Positions 25,601 to 39,786 of a DNA stretch of 64,000 bases are shown piece by piece; the first letter of the stretch is position 1, and each line of letters begins with the position of its first letter. The notes beneath the pieces are model-generated. The model had not been told where the DNA came from and searched no databases. It saw only the letters and a program-made list of their open reading frames with translations. This DNA is from Botryllus schlosseri (lineage: Eukaryota). A program made the translations under genes and the position numbers. The DNA lies in the NCBI GenBank assembly GCA_051294905.1, contig CM119371.1, positions 33,482,001 to 33,546,000 of the forward strand, written 5' to 3'.

Positions 25601-26204
25601 GCCCCCATATCGCCCACTGAGCGTTGCCGCCCCTTTCAAAATAGCCAGCGCTCCTTGGGGGGGCGCTGGAGGCAAGGTTAAGAACCGCTGCATTATGCAA
25701 ATCTTAGCTGATGAGCTTTGTGATATGTCAGTAAGAACCAAGCATGGTGATGTCACTAAAGCGGATCTGGAACCTACTTCAAATTTTTAAAGAACGTGCT
25801 CAAATACCAAATGCGCACCAGAACAACACTGATATGTTACACCAAAAACGGCGATTTGTTCTACGTGTTTCACTAACGTGTGTCTAAAATATTGCAAGTA
25901 GCTGTGAGCGCAATAAACAATGGTTTCTACTGCCGTTTATTTTTCTTTGTGCTGATTTATAGCGCCCTTGAATGCATTTAATCGGAAAAAATTGAACAGG
26001 CGTCAAAAAAGTCACTTGGTAGTTCCAGATAGTACGAAGTTCCGGTCGTTCCAGTGGTAAGTTGCAACAAGGCGCATCTATGGTAGGGTGCCCGGTTCAA
26101 GCCACAATCCGAATCATGTTTCAAAGGATTGAGACGAAGTTCAAGTGACCTTACTCCGTTCAAGACATGGTCACGGCTTTTGTAAGCACGTTTAAATATT
26201 TTAG

Positions 26205-26314
26205 ATACCCTTTGGCCATGAGAAGATGATTCGGAAACTGTTCGGAATTGATATATCGAAGGAGAAATTAGACGGAATTCCCCCAATCCTCAAATCAAAA
26301 CAATATGTCGACAA
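26205..26314 (+). CDS. SMUG1: SMUG1-like exon 3 (IPFGHEKMIRKLFGIDISKEKLDGIPPILKSKQYVD)
   Basis: Acceptor TTTTAG, donor GTAAGT, phase 0 in and phase 2 out. IPFG continues the G|VPFG motif. Confidence 0.92.
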
Positions 26315-27943
26315 GTAAGTTAGAACTTATATTGTTGCCGAGTGCAAATCAGAATAGCTATAATAAAAATGACAGCCTTTTCATTAGAGTAGAAATATGA
26401 ATTACTGAATAGATGTTGGACCATCATCTGATTCAGCATGTCATGGAAATACGGCACGTTATTTGAATGTTCATGCTCCTGAATTTGTAGTGTTTATGTT
26501 TCCGAATTTGTTGTGTAACTACAGATCACTCAAATCTGCTTCTGTAAGCTTCTGCCGATGTTTTTTTCATCTTGCATCCCATTATTTCTTATATGCTAAC
26601 TTTGCGCCGTTGTCAAATGCTTGTGATGTAATGACGCCATGGTTTTAATGGGGAAAGCGTCATAAATTCTTCACGACACAAATTTTCGCCACTCATATTT
26701 ACAGATCCGAAAATGAGGACAGATATTGGGGAAATTTATACACCCACCTTTGATCGCATGTAAAAAAGGTGTCATTTTTTTCAGTATGTGCTCCGAAAAT
26801 CGGTTTCCGCGTCTACTTTTCGTTGAGTTAACCTCATTTTTAACTAAACTTTTGCGTTACATGCAAGATAAGCCACCTTCACGTGCATTTTCTGGCCACG
26901 GTATTTAAATAAATCTCACGGGACGTTCTAAAATTTAAAACATGTTTTAAACAGTGTTTTAAACAAAGACCTTTAAAAAAAATGTGTTTTTTTAAGCTGT
27001 AAAATTATACCATAATTGTGTAAATACTTTCTATAAAACATGTTGTATGGTCCTACGGACAATTAACACCCGATTCAGCCGACGTATATCAATATGGGAT
27101 GGTTAGACCCTCAGAATAGTCAGTTCAACAGATATTGTACAGATCTTTCTTCAAAGGAGCTATATTTACCCTATATTTACAATTGCCAATGCCAATCCAT
27201 TATGACGTCACAATTGAATATTCCTGACGTCGAAGCTTGAGAAAAAAGCGAAAAAAAACAATAACAAAACATGATTTAAATTAGGGACTTGATTTAAACA
27301 TGTTTGTTTTTAATTGACTCTTGTTTTACATGCAACCTTATGTAGGTTAGTTGATATCTAGTAACCTGCTTGATGATTTCAAAAAATGCATTCACATCAA
27401 GCTGAACTTTCTTTAGGCTGTTCCATGCCTCAATCAAGCTGACTTAAGACAAGGCAAGGCAGTCACAGAGCCACTCACGGCGTGAATCCTAGACAATAAT
27501 TTCGTTTGAGAATTTGTTGGTCATGCACTCAACAATACATTTTCACGGACGCCCTAAAAGTAGTTCTCTGCCATTCTTATCGAAAAGAGTGTGTATTCAC
27601 ACCTAAAAGAGTAGCACGAAAATAGAATCTACCACAGAATTATACCACGGCATGAATCAAACACCAACGTCCAATTCAAATGATTCTCGATAAATTAGAA
27701 TAAATAGGAGTACGAATGAACGTATGCATTCACGGTTTATAACAACGGTTTACACGAGGGGTTTCAAACTCAACTTGCGTCACGGGCGGATTCAACCCTT
27801 CAGATCGCTCGCTGGCCCCACTATAGGCAAATTATTTCAAAATATTACCTCTAAATGCATGCCCGTATTTTTTACTCAAATACTTTGCTTTCAAGCCTGT
27901 GTACGTGATAGTATATTACCAATCATTGTGGTTTTGCTGTAAT

Positions 27944-29237
27944 CAGGGCTTTGGAGCAGCCGTAAATTTAAACTGCTCCTGCTCCGGCTCCGGAGCTCTC
28001 TTTTATCATACATTAGCTCCGGCTCCAGCTCCGGAGCTGCATTATTACCACTGCTCCGGCTCCAGCTCCGGCTCCGGCTCTGAAATTATCGAATGGGCAT
28101 GTCTATATCAGGGGTGCCCAACCCGCGGGTCAAATGTGGCCCGCGAGAGGGTTTTGCGTGACCCGCGAGGTAATTTCCTATTATCTTATCGAAAATGAAT
28201 TGCTCAGATTGTGAACTTGCAATGCCAACTAGAAATTACAATTCTGGCTGCGACCCTTGGGATGTTGATGACTAAAATATCAGTTCCGACGCATTGGCAG
28301 AACCAGGGTCCAGTTACATTTTCAGTAAATCGTCGTACATCACAATCAACTAAAATAGTAGCGAAATTTTTCTTCACGCTTCGCATGTTTAATTGTCGCA
28401 CGCTTTCTTGCTTGGTAGCCTACCCCCTACTGAAAATGAAGAAAAAAAACGCCTAATTAACCCGATTCAGTCTAACTGTATTCGCAATTACGGGAGAAAG
28501 TCTTTTCGAGTTTGCGCTCGCATGAAGATCGTCGACGTGAAATGTAGGCGCAACATGATTGTCGCATATTATCGGATACCTTCGATATCGATGTGACCAG
28601 ACGCCAAATAGTCGTGTCCTTGCAAACTGAGCCTAGCGGGCGGTATACAATAGACCCGCAATACTCGAGTAATATTATTATTGACCTAGTTCATTAATAA
28701 ACTTACAAAATTTTACCCGCTTGGCGCAGCTAGTGGACCGCACACTCGTTCGTCAATTGCATGTGCCCTTTAAGCCGAAAAGGTTGGCCATTCCTGGTCT
28801 ATATAGATCACTAATCTACCCATATGTTAGTTATCTATAGTCATCTAGAGTCTGTCATCAGTAACATCCGATGTAGCAACGAAGACATATAGGTGCCGCC
28901 GTGCCGGTTTGTGACGTTATACTGAATACTTGTAAATTGTCGACAACATCGTAGTTGCACTAGAACGCACTTTACTCTATGCCATTGCTGTACACAGCAT
29001 TAAAATTCAGGCCTGCTGTTCAATTATGATAAATCAGCAGATGTGGTTGTTGCATATATATAATGGCATCTTATGAAATAGGTCGGAGCCGGAGCTACTC
29101 CTCAAATAACGGGCTCCAGCTCCGGCTCCGGCTCCGGATGAATTTTATGTAGAGCTCCGGCTCCGGCTCCAGCTCCGGTGAAAATGCACGGCTCCGGGGC
29201 TCCGGCTCCGGGCTCCGGCTCCGGCTCCAAAGCCCTG
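27944..29237. mobile_element. hAT-like element with (GGCTCC)n subterminal arrays; nested hAT at 28109-28796
   Basis: TIR CAGGGCTTTGGAGC, TSD GCTGTAAT. The inner element has TSD GTCTATAT. Confidence 0.9.
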
Positions 29238-29647
29238 GCTGTAATAACACCTTTATTCGCAAACAATCGAATTGGCTGGGGTACAATGATTGGGGTGTTG
29301 AATACAGTTATAAGCTGCTAAAATAGGGGCTCTGGCGACGTTATTAGTTGAACTATTTCTCTGATACCGGTACCTATGTTTTAAAGTCGTAATCTGACGT
29401 TAGCCCTGGGTATGCGTTATGAGGAATACAATTTAACTACAAACGCAGGCGCTGGAATTCGGTTCAACAGTATTTAATCGTGGTTTGGTTTTATGGCGAA
29501 GCCCATGATAACGACGGTTTTACATTTTCGTTTCCGTTTCTGTGAAGAACATTTGTTATAAATCTGCTGGATAATACAAGAATTTTTCCACTTCGCCTAT
29601 AATTGCTCCGCGGGCCGGGTGAAATCGTCTAACGGGCCGTATGCGGC

Positions 29648-29920
29648 CATCATCATCATCATCATTGGTTTATTAGCAGTTTAATCAGTTCAATACACCA
29701 CAAAAATGCGATACAATGAAAAGGCAGGAAGATGTCGAAGCGACTTGAAGTAGTCTATGGAATCAGACACCCACCTTGGCCTATGCGATGTAAAGAGGAG
29801 GCATGCACACTGAATTAAAGTAAAGAAGAGAGTATAGAAAAAGAAAGCGACAAGCAATAGGGCGGCATGTCATGGAAAGCGAGATCGATAGTTCAGGTCC
29901 TGTAATCTTGAGGATGGACT
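29648..29920 (-). mobile_element. 5'-truncated LINE 3' tail ending in (ATG)n; further copies at ~60813-60982 (minus) and ~54425-54580 (plus)
   Basis: Homologous to the 3' UTR of the LINE at 41184-42445 (TTCAGTGTGCATGCCTCCT...AAGGTGGGTGTCTGAT...ATTGTATCGCA). Confidence 0.8.
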
Positions 29921-31826
29921 GTATTTATTTAGTAGTAATTGCTTGTATTTCGACTTGAATGTGGACATGCTCGTCGACTGTCGGATGGCCGGCGGGAGAC
30001 TGTTCCACACATCAGGTCCGGCATATTTGATAGAACGATGATCTTTTCGGTCGATCAGATGATATTTGGACGACGTGGCCAGCGGGCCGCATGTTTGACC
30101 CTAATCATGAATTATTCATGACCGGTGTTGTCTTTGGTTTTAATGGAATTTCGGCAGCTATGCATGGCTGAAACCAATTCCCAAGCTTTTGAGGCACAAG
30201 TCAGACATATTTTTATCATTTTGACTCGAGTTAAGTCGAGTTATTTTTAATTCACCACCAAGTCAAATCCAGAGATGGTCAAAGAAGTCAGGGAAGCTAC
30301 TCAAGTAAAAGTAGCGACGTAAAAACCATACTGAAGTACGAGTAGAAGTAGTCCAGCCTAAAACTACTTGAAGTAGAAGTAGAATTGATTAAATTCAAAT
30401 CTACTCAATTACGTACGTAGTAGTTGTGAAAACGATCGTAATTCGTACTGTCAAAACCTGCAAATTAAGCTATGCGAAAAGTTCAGAGCTTCATTTATAT
30501 TGAAGCATCCCAGAAGCTATAACTTTTTACAGCAAAAGCAGTCGTTCGCATCATGGAATGAAAATGATTGCATTGATATGGAAATGCGACAATAATCCTC
30601 TGTTTACTCGAACATCCCGATTTAGAAAATATCATGGTATAACGTCCACCCTTATGTTATAAGGCCCCATGGTTTGGTTCAGGAACAACACGGAGAATTG
30701 GTGTCGGATACGGTGTTAACACTTTTCGCGATTAGAAAACGGTAATAAAAAATATGGCTGATCGTAAAAATGACATACAGTGTAGGTGTATTTTCAGAAA
30801 ATAGAGGCATTACAAGGGCCGTAACTAACGCACCCCAAACCCCCTAATTAGGGGAGGCCGAGCTCGAAGCGGGCCTAAAATTTCGAGTTGCCAAATATCT
30901 TGATTATCGGGTACACTTCCCCCAAGAAAAAATACGCAAGATTTATAGAAATGGGCATATCGGCGTGGCCATTAGCGAGTCCCGACGCACCAAGACATCT
31001 AAAGTTTTAGGCCATATAATATGCGAATCCAAGAACGATCGGCAGCTAGAAAACCTTGGCCGAAAAGGACTGCACTCATGCTGACCGAAAACTTCGTAAT
31101 ATATACAAAGTACATATAGGTTTGATTGTCCATAGGCGCTTAAATGACTGGCGCCGAATTTTCCTGTCTTGGCGAGCTGAACCTCACAAGAGAAATAGCG
31201 TACCATCCCACAGGGAAAAACTATATGCCAGTGAAGAAATGCCAATCTGAAATCGTGTGATCTCTAAGTTTAGTACGTTTGGGCGATTCTATAATTTTTT
31301 GATACAGCAGGCAGGAGGCCACGGAATAACATCATGTACGGAAGTGATAACAACGGATCCGCCCACCCGAAGATGTTCAATTATTATTTACGGGCTTTAC
31401 AGTTTCAAAGACACCTCGCTCAGCTCTACCGGTAAATCTGATTATGTGAGCAGAAAGAAAAAGAAATTGATAGCAATATATATGCAATTCCCGATCTTAT
31501 TGACCGATGTTATCGTGAATTATCCAAAAATTTGGCGCCTGAACAGTCCCTTTATAATTCCTTGGCTAAAGCGAACAAATTGATGGGGGGGGGTCAGTGT
31601 ATCACCATATGGAAGGCCAAGACTCATTTTTTAGGGGGGTACGAAGTGCTGTTTCGTTCCTGTCAACGGGTATGCAATCGGAGATGTTTAATTATAATAG
31701 AGGGTTCCTACCTTTTCAAACACACCTCACTAATCTCTACCGGTGAATCAGATTACGTGAGCATAGAGAGAGGATAAAAATTAATAGCAATATATATGCA
31801 ATTCCCGATTATATTGCATGATTGAG

Positions 31827-34800
31827 CAGGGTTGTAACCAATGCACATTGTTCCGAGTCACGAGTCAATCTTACTTTTGTGGTTTTGACTCGAGTCAAGT
31901 CGAGTCATTTTCAATTCATCACCGAGTCGAGTTCGAGTCCAAGTCACCGTTTAAAGGGTCAAGTCCGAGTCATAGTGTTATGACTCGAGTCGAGTCCAAG
32001 TCACGATATTGAAGTAATGTTCAACTTATGTTTTCAATCCTGAATTAGCTTGTAGCTTATAGAGAATCACCGAATTCATTCTACATGCTATCTGATATAG
32101 AACCAACGAATTCAGGTCTAGATACCAGCTGGTAGAGAATCAACAGATGCATGTTTATGTAGACGTACAGTTTTTCTTTCACATTATCAGGTGGTTGACT
32201 AAAAAAGGTCAGCTTTCCTGCTCAGCTCCCGAAATAGCCGGCCACCTCATGATATTGTTATATTGTGTAAAAATATGATTCATAGCAAATCTGGCTCAAT
32301 TCCAACTAGAAAAAGCGAATTTATTAGAGTGGAATATTTTGGATATGAAAAAATAGTCGGCTTACTACTAGCATGTAAGTATATTAGGCTATATGAAATA
32401 ATTTCTCACCAAAAACACTCCCTTTATTTTCAAATATAAAATTTTCTCCTCTCATATCATTGAATATACTTTTTAAAATTAAGCCAGATTCATTGTTCTT
32501 TTTATGCAACATAACAACTTTACTAAGTAGCCACCCAGTAAAATAAATAAGAACTTATTTTTGAACAACCCTATTGTACAAACATCACACAACATTAGGC
32601 ATTCATTATTACTCACGTGCACAATGTTCATACCTAACAAAACGTCAAATGGACGGAGTGTATTGTGTGTTTTCACTGACAGCAGATCGAATCAATGATG
32701 ATTTACAATTCAAAAATACTAAAGTCGAAAGGAGATCCTCATATATGTTATAGCGGCATGGCCTTAGAATAAATCCACATCTACTGAAACACGTTCCACT
32801 GGTGCACTAGATACAGGAATTGACAAGGATTTTTGAACCACATTGAAGAGCATCGGATACTCATTATTTCTGGTCGCCCAATAATGCAAAGAATCATCGC
32901 CTTCAAATCTACACATGAGCTTATCAGTCTCTTCCAAGTACTTGACCATCTGAGTCATTTCATTGCCTCTAATTGAACTTTGCTTCGGTTGTTTGCTTGC
33001 ATAATTGAAAAGTCTCGAGTACTTTTGCGGATGATCTATTACCTCTTCATTGCAGGATGATTTTGTATACAATGCATTACTACAACATGTGCCATTGTCT
33101 GTTGTTTTTAAGGCGGCATATCTGATATCAGACGAGTGCAACGAAAGCAGTGGTGCCAAATAGCGATATCGACAGAATTTGTCATTTATGCGTTGATCTA
33201 GCCCAGGGGTCGGCAACCTTTTGCTAATCGCGCGCCAAATTCCGAGTGCACAACTTTTTGGCGGGCCGGAATTTTTCTTGATAATATATTTAACGCTCAC
33301 GTCGGTTTAGTACCCTACATTGCTGCAATCTCAATCATACAAATCACAAAAAGGGCAAAACACATGTATTTACACTTCAACAACGCAGCATAAATGTGAC
33401 ACTTGGCGCAGCATGCTTTGTAAAAGAATTTCAACTTCTAATAACAAGTCAGATGAAGCAACAATCAAACCACATTCTAAATGGACATTAGAATACGTGA
33501 TCTTAGCTTGCTCTTCGTGAATTCCATTGTTTTAAACTATTTTTCACATGCGTACGTGCTATCAAAAGTCGATGCCATTTCTTTTGCATTGTTGGTCAAG
33601 CTGGGATAAAGACCCATTTCACGAACGTACTCTTTGTCAAAGTCAGGCAGCGATATGCTCTTTGTATGAAATTTGTCTTTCAATTCAACTGCATCGCACT
33701 TCAAAAGGGCCCATTTGAAATTTTCAGGCAACGGTATTGGTGCTCACATTAAACCGAGTACTAAGTATTCAGAATTTATTTTGTACAGAACGAATGTTGG
33801 AAAAGGGGTGGAAATTCAGTAATTAAATTTCGTATCACAGTTACAAAGGTATAGTGCTGGTACTAGAGGTTTACTCTCCATCAGTATAGGAAAGTGAGCA
33901 TAATTTTCTTTTTACTGTTGACGTTCCAAGAGTCGCAGTTTTGTTTCGAATGCGCCTCAACATCTCATGTATTCAGTTATTTCCTCCTGAAGTTGCAAAT
34001 TCAATTTGTTAGATGTGACGTTAAATGTACTACGAAAGCAAGATTAGATACCCATATTCGATGACAATATTATGAGTCGGCGATGTTTGTATTTTCAAGG
34101 AAAGTTGCTATATTTCGTTTCTCAGTTCATACACTCGTGCAAGGATAGCGGCTCGACATAATGGACGAACATGGCAGATATACAGGACATCGCCATATTG
34201 ATTCTCTGCTTTTAGTAATATCTGAGGTAGGATAACTGTCGGTGATTCAGTTTGTGAGACAAAATCAGCTTTCCCCACTGTGTCGAAAACACTATTCAGG
34301 TTTGTTGTCTTGGCCTACAATGTCTTCTGGTGAATTAAACTGCAGATGACTAACCTATGGAGGCTGGTTATCTCAAATGAAACGGATAGTTTGAGATTTT
34401 GTCATTGCGTCTGAGATGTTCCAAGCGTTTTTGAAGCAGAGGAACCGCACCTTTAATGTCGCACCCTATCAGAGTGGCAACCCCTTAAAAAGTATGGTAT
34501 ATAGGCCGACCTATGGTTGGGCGATACACACGCTTTATAAGCACTGGTCTAATCAACAGCCTTCGCATCAGTTTTATGGCGTAACAATAGACCAATACGA
34601 CGTAGGATACTTACATCGTAGCAATGTCGCATTCTTACCAAGCAGTGCTGCAGTGCTGCACTGCAGATTGGAACTCATTACGAAACGGCGGGCCGTATTC
34701 TTGTGGTAACTAATTATTTCGTCGCGGGCCGGACGAATTCGCTTGGCGGGCCGGATCCGGCCCGCGGGCCGTAGGTTGCCGGCCCTTGATCTAGCCAGTA

Positions 34801-35032
34801 CGATTCGCAAATTTCTTCATCTTCAAGTGACATAAAATATGCCGAGTCAATGACTTGGGTCGAGTCATGCGTAATGACTCGAGTACATGTCGAGTCAATC
34901 CAAATATTGACTCGAGTCGGGTCGAGTCATTTTCCCTTCTCAAGAAAATGACTCGAGTCAAGTCGAGTCACCAAAAATTCGTGACTCGAGTCTGACTCGA
35001 GTCGAGTCATGACTCGAGTCATTACAACCCTG
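31827..35032 (-). mobile_element. Deleted hAT (Ac/ZBED-like) element with GACTCGAGTC subterminal arrays
   Basis: TIR CAGGGTTGTAA, TSD TGATTGAG, dimerisation-domain remnant DSLHYW...YPML...SIPVSSAPVERV. Confidence 0.92.
33204..34788 (-). mobile_element. Decayed Buster/Charlie-type hAT
   Basis: TIR CA(G/A)GGG(T/C)CGGCAACCT, TSD ATCTAGCC, remnant YPSL...STFDSTYACEK. Confidence 0.9.
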
Positions 35033-35800
35033 TGATTGAGTCATGAATTATAGAAAAATTCTCGTGCCTCGCGCGTTTAGTCGAGAAAAGCTGACTCACT
35101 AAACGGACACCGAATGTAGATGATAAGTAGCGGTACACAGCGTATAGCCGAAGGAGGATCTGGGGGCGAAGCCCGCCAAAAGTTCGGTTTATCACCGTAT
35201 GGGGGACCCAAGACGAACGTTTTTGGGGGGCTGACAAAGTGCTGTTACGGCCCTGGGCATTACTACACTTGCTTTTATACTTCAACATGTATGATCTTCA
35301 GGCAAAAGAAATGAAACCCCATTAGAACCCAAAGTGTGATACTGGGAATTGAAAGAGAAATACAAATACTACTTCTAAAATGCGAAAGAAGGTTTCAGCA
35401 GTGGTCTGCTAAAACAGGTTTAAAGCTAAGAATCAGAGTCAACTTTTCCAGATTAGGACACGCCATGGTCTGCTAGATTACGATATGATAGGTAAATGCT
35501 AGATTGCGAAATTGTAGTTTAAAATGATATGATTGGCCATATATTCTGTGATGAAATATTTCATATGGGTGACAATGTATTTAATTTTTCACAATTTTAT
35601 CGAGCAACTCGCATTCATATTACTTGTGTTTCTTACGCTGACATGCCAGCCCTGGCCGTCTGATACATCACCAATATAAACATACAATAGTTATTAGGCC
35701 TACATTTCCACTCATTTTATTAAATAATCACGCAAAGCTGCAATACAAAAATCCAATATAAATTCACGGTATCGTCCATCGCACAGGTGAGAGTCTACAC

Positions 35801-36582
35801 CAGAGATGAGCATGGATTAGGACAGTGGTTCCCAACGTGGGCGATATCGCCCCCCCAGTGGGCGATTTGGCGATCTAGGGGGGCGAAAATGACGAAGGGG
35901 GCGAGAGGGGGGCGAAAATGGACAAAGGGGGCGACGGGGGCGAAAATAGCGAACGGGGCGATAGGGGGCTATGACGCGTCAAAACAGCTGACTTTTTTTT
36001 TTAGTCAACCGACAGGAATTTAGTTACAAAAGTGTGTTAAATTGGATATCGAGCTGAAAATTTGACCTTATTTTTAGTCAACTGCCGGTGATTACAGTTT
36101 GTATGCCCAATTTTCGGTACACAAAATTTGGGGGCGATGATCGGTGTTGACCTTGAAAAGGGGGCGATGGGTCGAAAAAGGTTGGGAACCACTGGATTAG
36201 GATTAGGTTTTGAAAAACCAGAATTTGTGAAATTTTGTCGGATTTGGATTGGATTTGGATTAGAAATTTTTTTCAGAACGGATTTGGATTTGGATTGGAT
36301 TTACCTATTTTCTGGGAGATTGAAATGTCGTGTGGCGAATGGCGACAAACTTTATTCAGATCAGTTATTAATGTACTTATGGTTATTTAGTTATCTTGAA
36401 TCAAGTAAATCGTTGGTTGTGAAAGAAAATTTTCGAATCCCTCCATTGCATAAATTAGCATTTTTTCTGAATTTCCAGTTGGAATCGGATGAGGATTGGA
36501 CATGGACTTGAATATGAAAAAGTTATGGATTAGGATTTGGATTTGGATTAGGACATAGAAATTTCAAATCCGCTCATCTCTA
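35801..36582. mobile_element. hAT-like element with (GGATTT)n arrays; nested CAGTGG hAT at 35823-36194
   Basis: Outer TIR (C/T)AGAGATGAGC with TSD GTCTACAC. Inner TIR CAGTGGTTCCCAAC with TSD GATTAGGA. Confidence 0.9.
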
Positions 36583-36810
36583 GTCTACACTGGGCTAGAA
36601 CCCGATCTGATAGGTTCCAGACAGCACCATGGAAAGGAAGTTTATTTAACAAATCTAGCCTATTTAGGTGCCGAAAATAGTACAATTTTATGTTCGGTGC
36701 TCTGGAAAAACTGTGTGGTGATTCATTGCAGTGATTGGAAATTATGAGTTGCCATACTTTGTAGGCTGACGAATCAAAGCGACTCTCCGATGTATTCAGT
36801 TATTTTACAG

Positions 36811-36977
36811 ATATGGCAAGTCACGCGATTGTGTCAGTGGAAGACGGTTCTGGAAATTCACGAATAGACCCGTCGCGGATATCGATCAGGTCCGCAAACA
36901 GAGCTTCGTAATGAACTGCAGCCCGTTGCTCTTCACTGGAAGAACCGAAAAATGGAATGGACCAAAAGAAAAAGCGT
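36811..36977 (+). CDS. SMUG1: SMUG1-like exon 4 (YGKSRDCVSGRRFWKF...SFVMNCSPLLF...)
   Basis: Acceptor TTTTACAG, donor GTACGG, phase 2 in and phase 1 out. Matches SMUG1 EVSGARFW and FVHNLCPLLF. Confidence 0.92.
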
Positions 36978-37635
36978 GTACGGGTTTTAAACTAGGCTTT
37001 ATGTTTGGCAATAATGGAAAAGCAATATTAATCATGGGCCAATAATCCTTGTTCAGTTTTAGATATATAACTGAAATCTGACATTACGTTAAAGTTTCTG
37101 AAACTGTATTAGCCTACCGCGCAGTACGAAAAAGGTATTGTACAGTGCATAGGGAATAAAGCAGTGAAAACCCTGGCCTAACAGTGCGCAGGTGGATGTG
37201 GAGAGTTGTATCTGAAAGGCAGACCTAATCGAAATTCTTGACACTTCACCTCCCTCAAACTCGAAATCCTGCATTCAGTGTTCATACGCTAAGGGCTAAG
37301 CAATCAAAACTCGCAGGCGTGTAAGCATATTTTAAAACGTCTTGACGTCTGCTGCGTCTGCGACTTTCAAAAAATATTGCAGCGAATTACAGACAAGTAT
37401 TGCAATCGCAGGCATCCACAGTGTGTTTTATAATTAAATTGAACTCATCAAAAGCATCATTTTAATACACCCCATGACTGCGATACAATGCTACTGCGTC
37501 AGTGCCGCAATCGCCGAATTAAAACTGACCTAATCTTCGGTTCATGCGAAATTTGACTAACACCTCAACTCTTTATTGGTAATGTTGCAATATCTCAATT
37601 TAAATTCCAACTTCTGAACATTGCGCTCATGATTA

Positions 37636-38788
37636 TAGGCTTACCATACGTCCCGTTTTAGGCGGGATAGTCCCGCTTTTTAACGTCTTGTCCCGGCGTC
37701 CCGACCAGTCAGCCAAACGTCCCGCTTTTTAAGGCCGTAAGGTACTGCTGAACTAACAAAATTTTCCAAATTTTTTTTTATTGCAGAATCCTAAAGTATG
37801 AAACTAGTTCTTTTCAAAAATGTATTGCTTTTGTCTGATTTCGCATTAGAAGTATGTTAAAATACGATTTGAAATCAACCATTTTCGGAGAAATTCACCC
37901 CCATACAAGCTCATTCATTTAAACTCACTCAAAATTGTTAAATTCCCTCTGCCGTAAGCATTACCGGTATTTGCTACAGAAAAGGAGAGGCTAATACGCC
38001 CTACCTACATCTTTACCACGCCTGACGACATGAGATGCTATGGTACAGTTGCTTTGGACTGAGTAATATTCATGCTACTATATTATTACCCTCTGCTTAT
38101 ACTATAAATTATTTTGTTAATCTTATTTCCTTATTATGACTTTACCTTTATTTATACTTTACCTTTCCATAAGAACTCTTTATCCTATATACTCCCAGAT
38201 TTTATGTTACATAATATCTACCCAAAACACCTATGCTTTGAATTCTTGTCGGTAGGGTCAAGCCCGCCTGTGACAGCTTACGGATGAAGATCCTTTAGCT
38301 AAAACACCAGAATGTCTTGTTCACTAAATTCCTACCAATATATATATATATCCTAAATGTATATATTATATCATGTCTCAAATCTGAACAAGAACTGTGG
38401 TGGATCCATTGCAGAAACTCTGTACTACGCCCTTACGGGCGTAGCTATTAGTTTTTCTCGCTATGCTGCCTTCGGCAGCTTAATATTGTAAAATTCTGAT
38501 CTGGGCCACGGAACATTTTCAAATTGGAGGCGGAGTCGCCCAGAAGTTACATTGATTACCCCATAGTGTGGGCTCAAAATCATTGTTTATTTTTGGCGGG
38601 AAGGGGCTAAAACATGTGCTTTCGGTCCCGGTTACACAACACACAGCCACATACTCCTGAACCGGACCGTGACCACCTCGGGTCTATAAGCAAAGCGTTG
38701 CTAGTGTGACGTCATAATCCAATTTTGAATCCACTAGTGGGCGCTAAAGAGTGTCCCGAATTTGGGTTGCTGAAATATGGTAACCCTA
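37636..38788. mobile_element. Non-autonomous TIR element (TAGGGTTACCATA type); related left end at ~63066
   Basis: TAGGCTTACCATA...TATGGTAACCCTA with GTCCCG subterminal repeats. The TSD is unclear. Confidence 0.65.
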
Positions 38789-39125
38789 CTCATGAAGGAT
38801 GCACATTTTCCCTCATATTGTGAGAAGACTATGTATTTAGAACTACCATATCCCTCCTGTTCGTGCATATCATAGGCTACTTAATGCTGAATCATTGGAA
38901 ATTTGAGTTAACATATCATCTTTAGTGCGCACATTCCATTTACTGATTACGTAAATTACCGATAGTAATAACTCGGGATTAACGGCCATGTTTTGGATTC
39001 CGAAACTTCGAAGTTTCATGTTCACGGAAACCTTGCTATGTTCGTTGTGTGAAGCTGTGGTGAGGAGTATTTGGTTGTATTAGGCATTAAAGAAATCTAG
39101 GCTATGGATCCATCAAAGAAACAAA

Positions 39126-39786
39126 ATGACAAAGCCTGGAACACATGAAGATGCCATCTTGGCGAGACTGAAAAAGATGGACAGTGAACTGGAAGATACG
39201 CTCATTGAAGTCAAAGGTTTGACAAAGTTGAATATAACATTGCAAAAGCAATATGATATATTGAAATCTGATCTTGATAAGACCAACCCAGAGGTTAGGA
39301 AACTAAAGGGAAAAAACAAGGAACTCCGGAAAGAGATAGAAACTTGCAAGACTGGAATGGAATTCATGAAAGCAGAATTTGAGAGCAATAAAAAATCTAA
39401 ATCTCGCCTCACAAGAAACCATGCTCGAGGACCACGACAAATTTTAATCAACAGTCAAAAGGCCTGTAGCCAAATGGAAATTGTGACGTGTTACAATTTC
39501 ACTGAGGCGTGAGATTTTCCTGTGTCGACACCATATAGGACACTATGGTTTCACTGTGAACATCAATCATAAACAAATCTCCAGATATGACTCAACAAAA
39601 TATCTCGGCGTCATCACTGATGCCAAAATGTCTTGGAAGCAGCATATTGAATGCACAATATCAAAACTAGCCCAGTGTGTGGGAATAATGGCCCGACTGC
39701 AATCTTTGGTTTCCAGATCAATACTACAAACCATCTATTTCTCTCTTTTCCACTCTCACCTGCAATCAGTGATGAGCGGATGTTGA
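39126..39786 (+). pseudogene. Internally deleted LINE: coiled-coil ORF1-like piece joined to the post-RT region
   Basis: A heptad-rich ORF at 39126-39512 is followed by KYLGVITDAKMSWKQHI...IYFSLFHSHL. Confidence 0.65.

Larger units (their letters stand above)
30814..35255. mobile_element. Non-autonomous hAT-like element, outermost of a triple nest; second copy 44928-46128
   Basis: TIR (C/A)AGGGCCGTAAC, TSD GGCATTAC. The second copy has TSD CGTATGAA. Confidence 0.88.
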
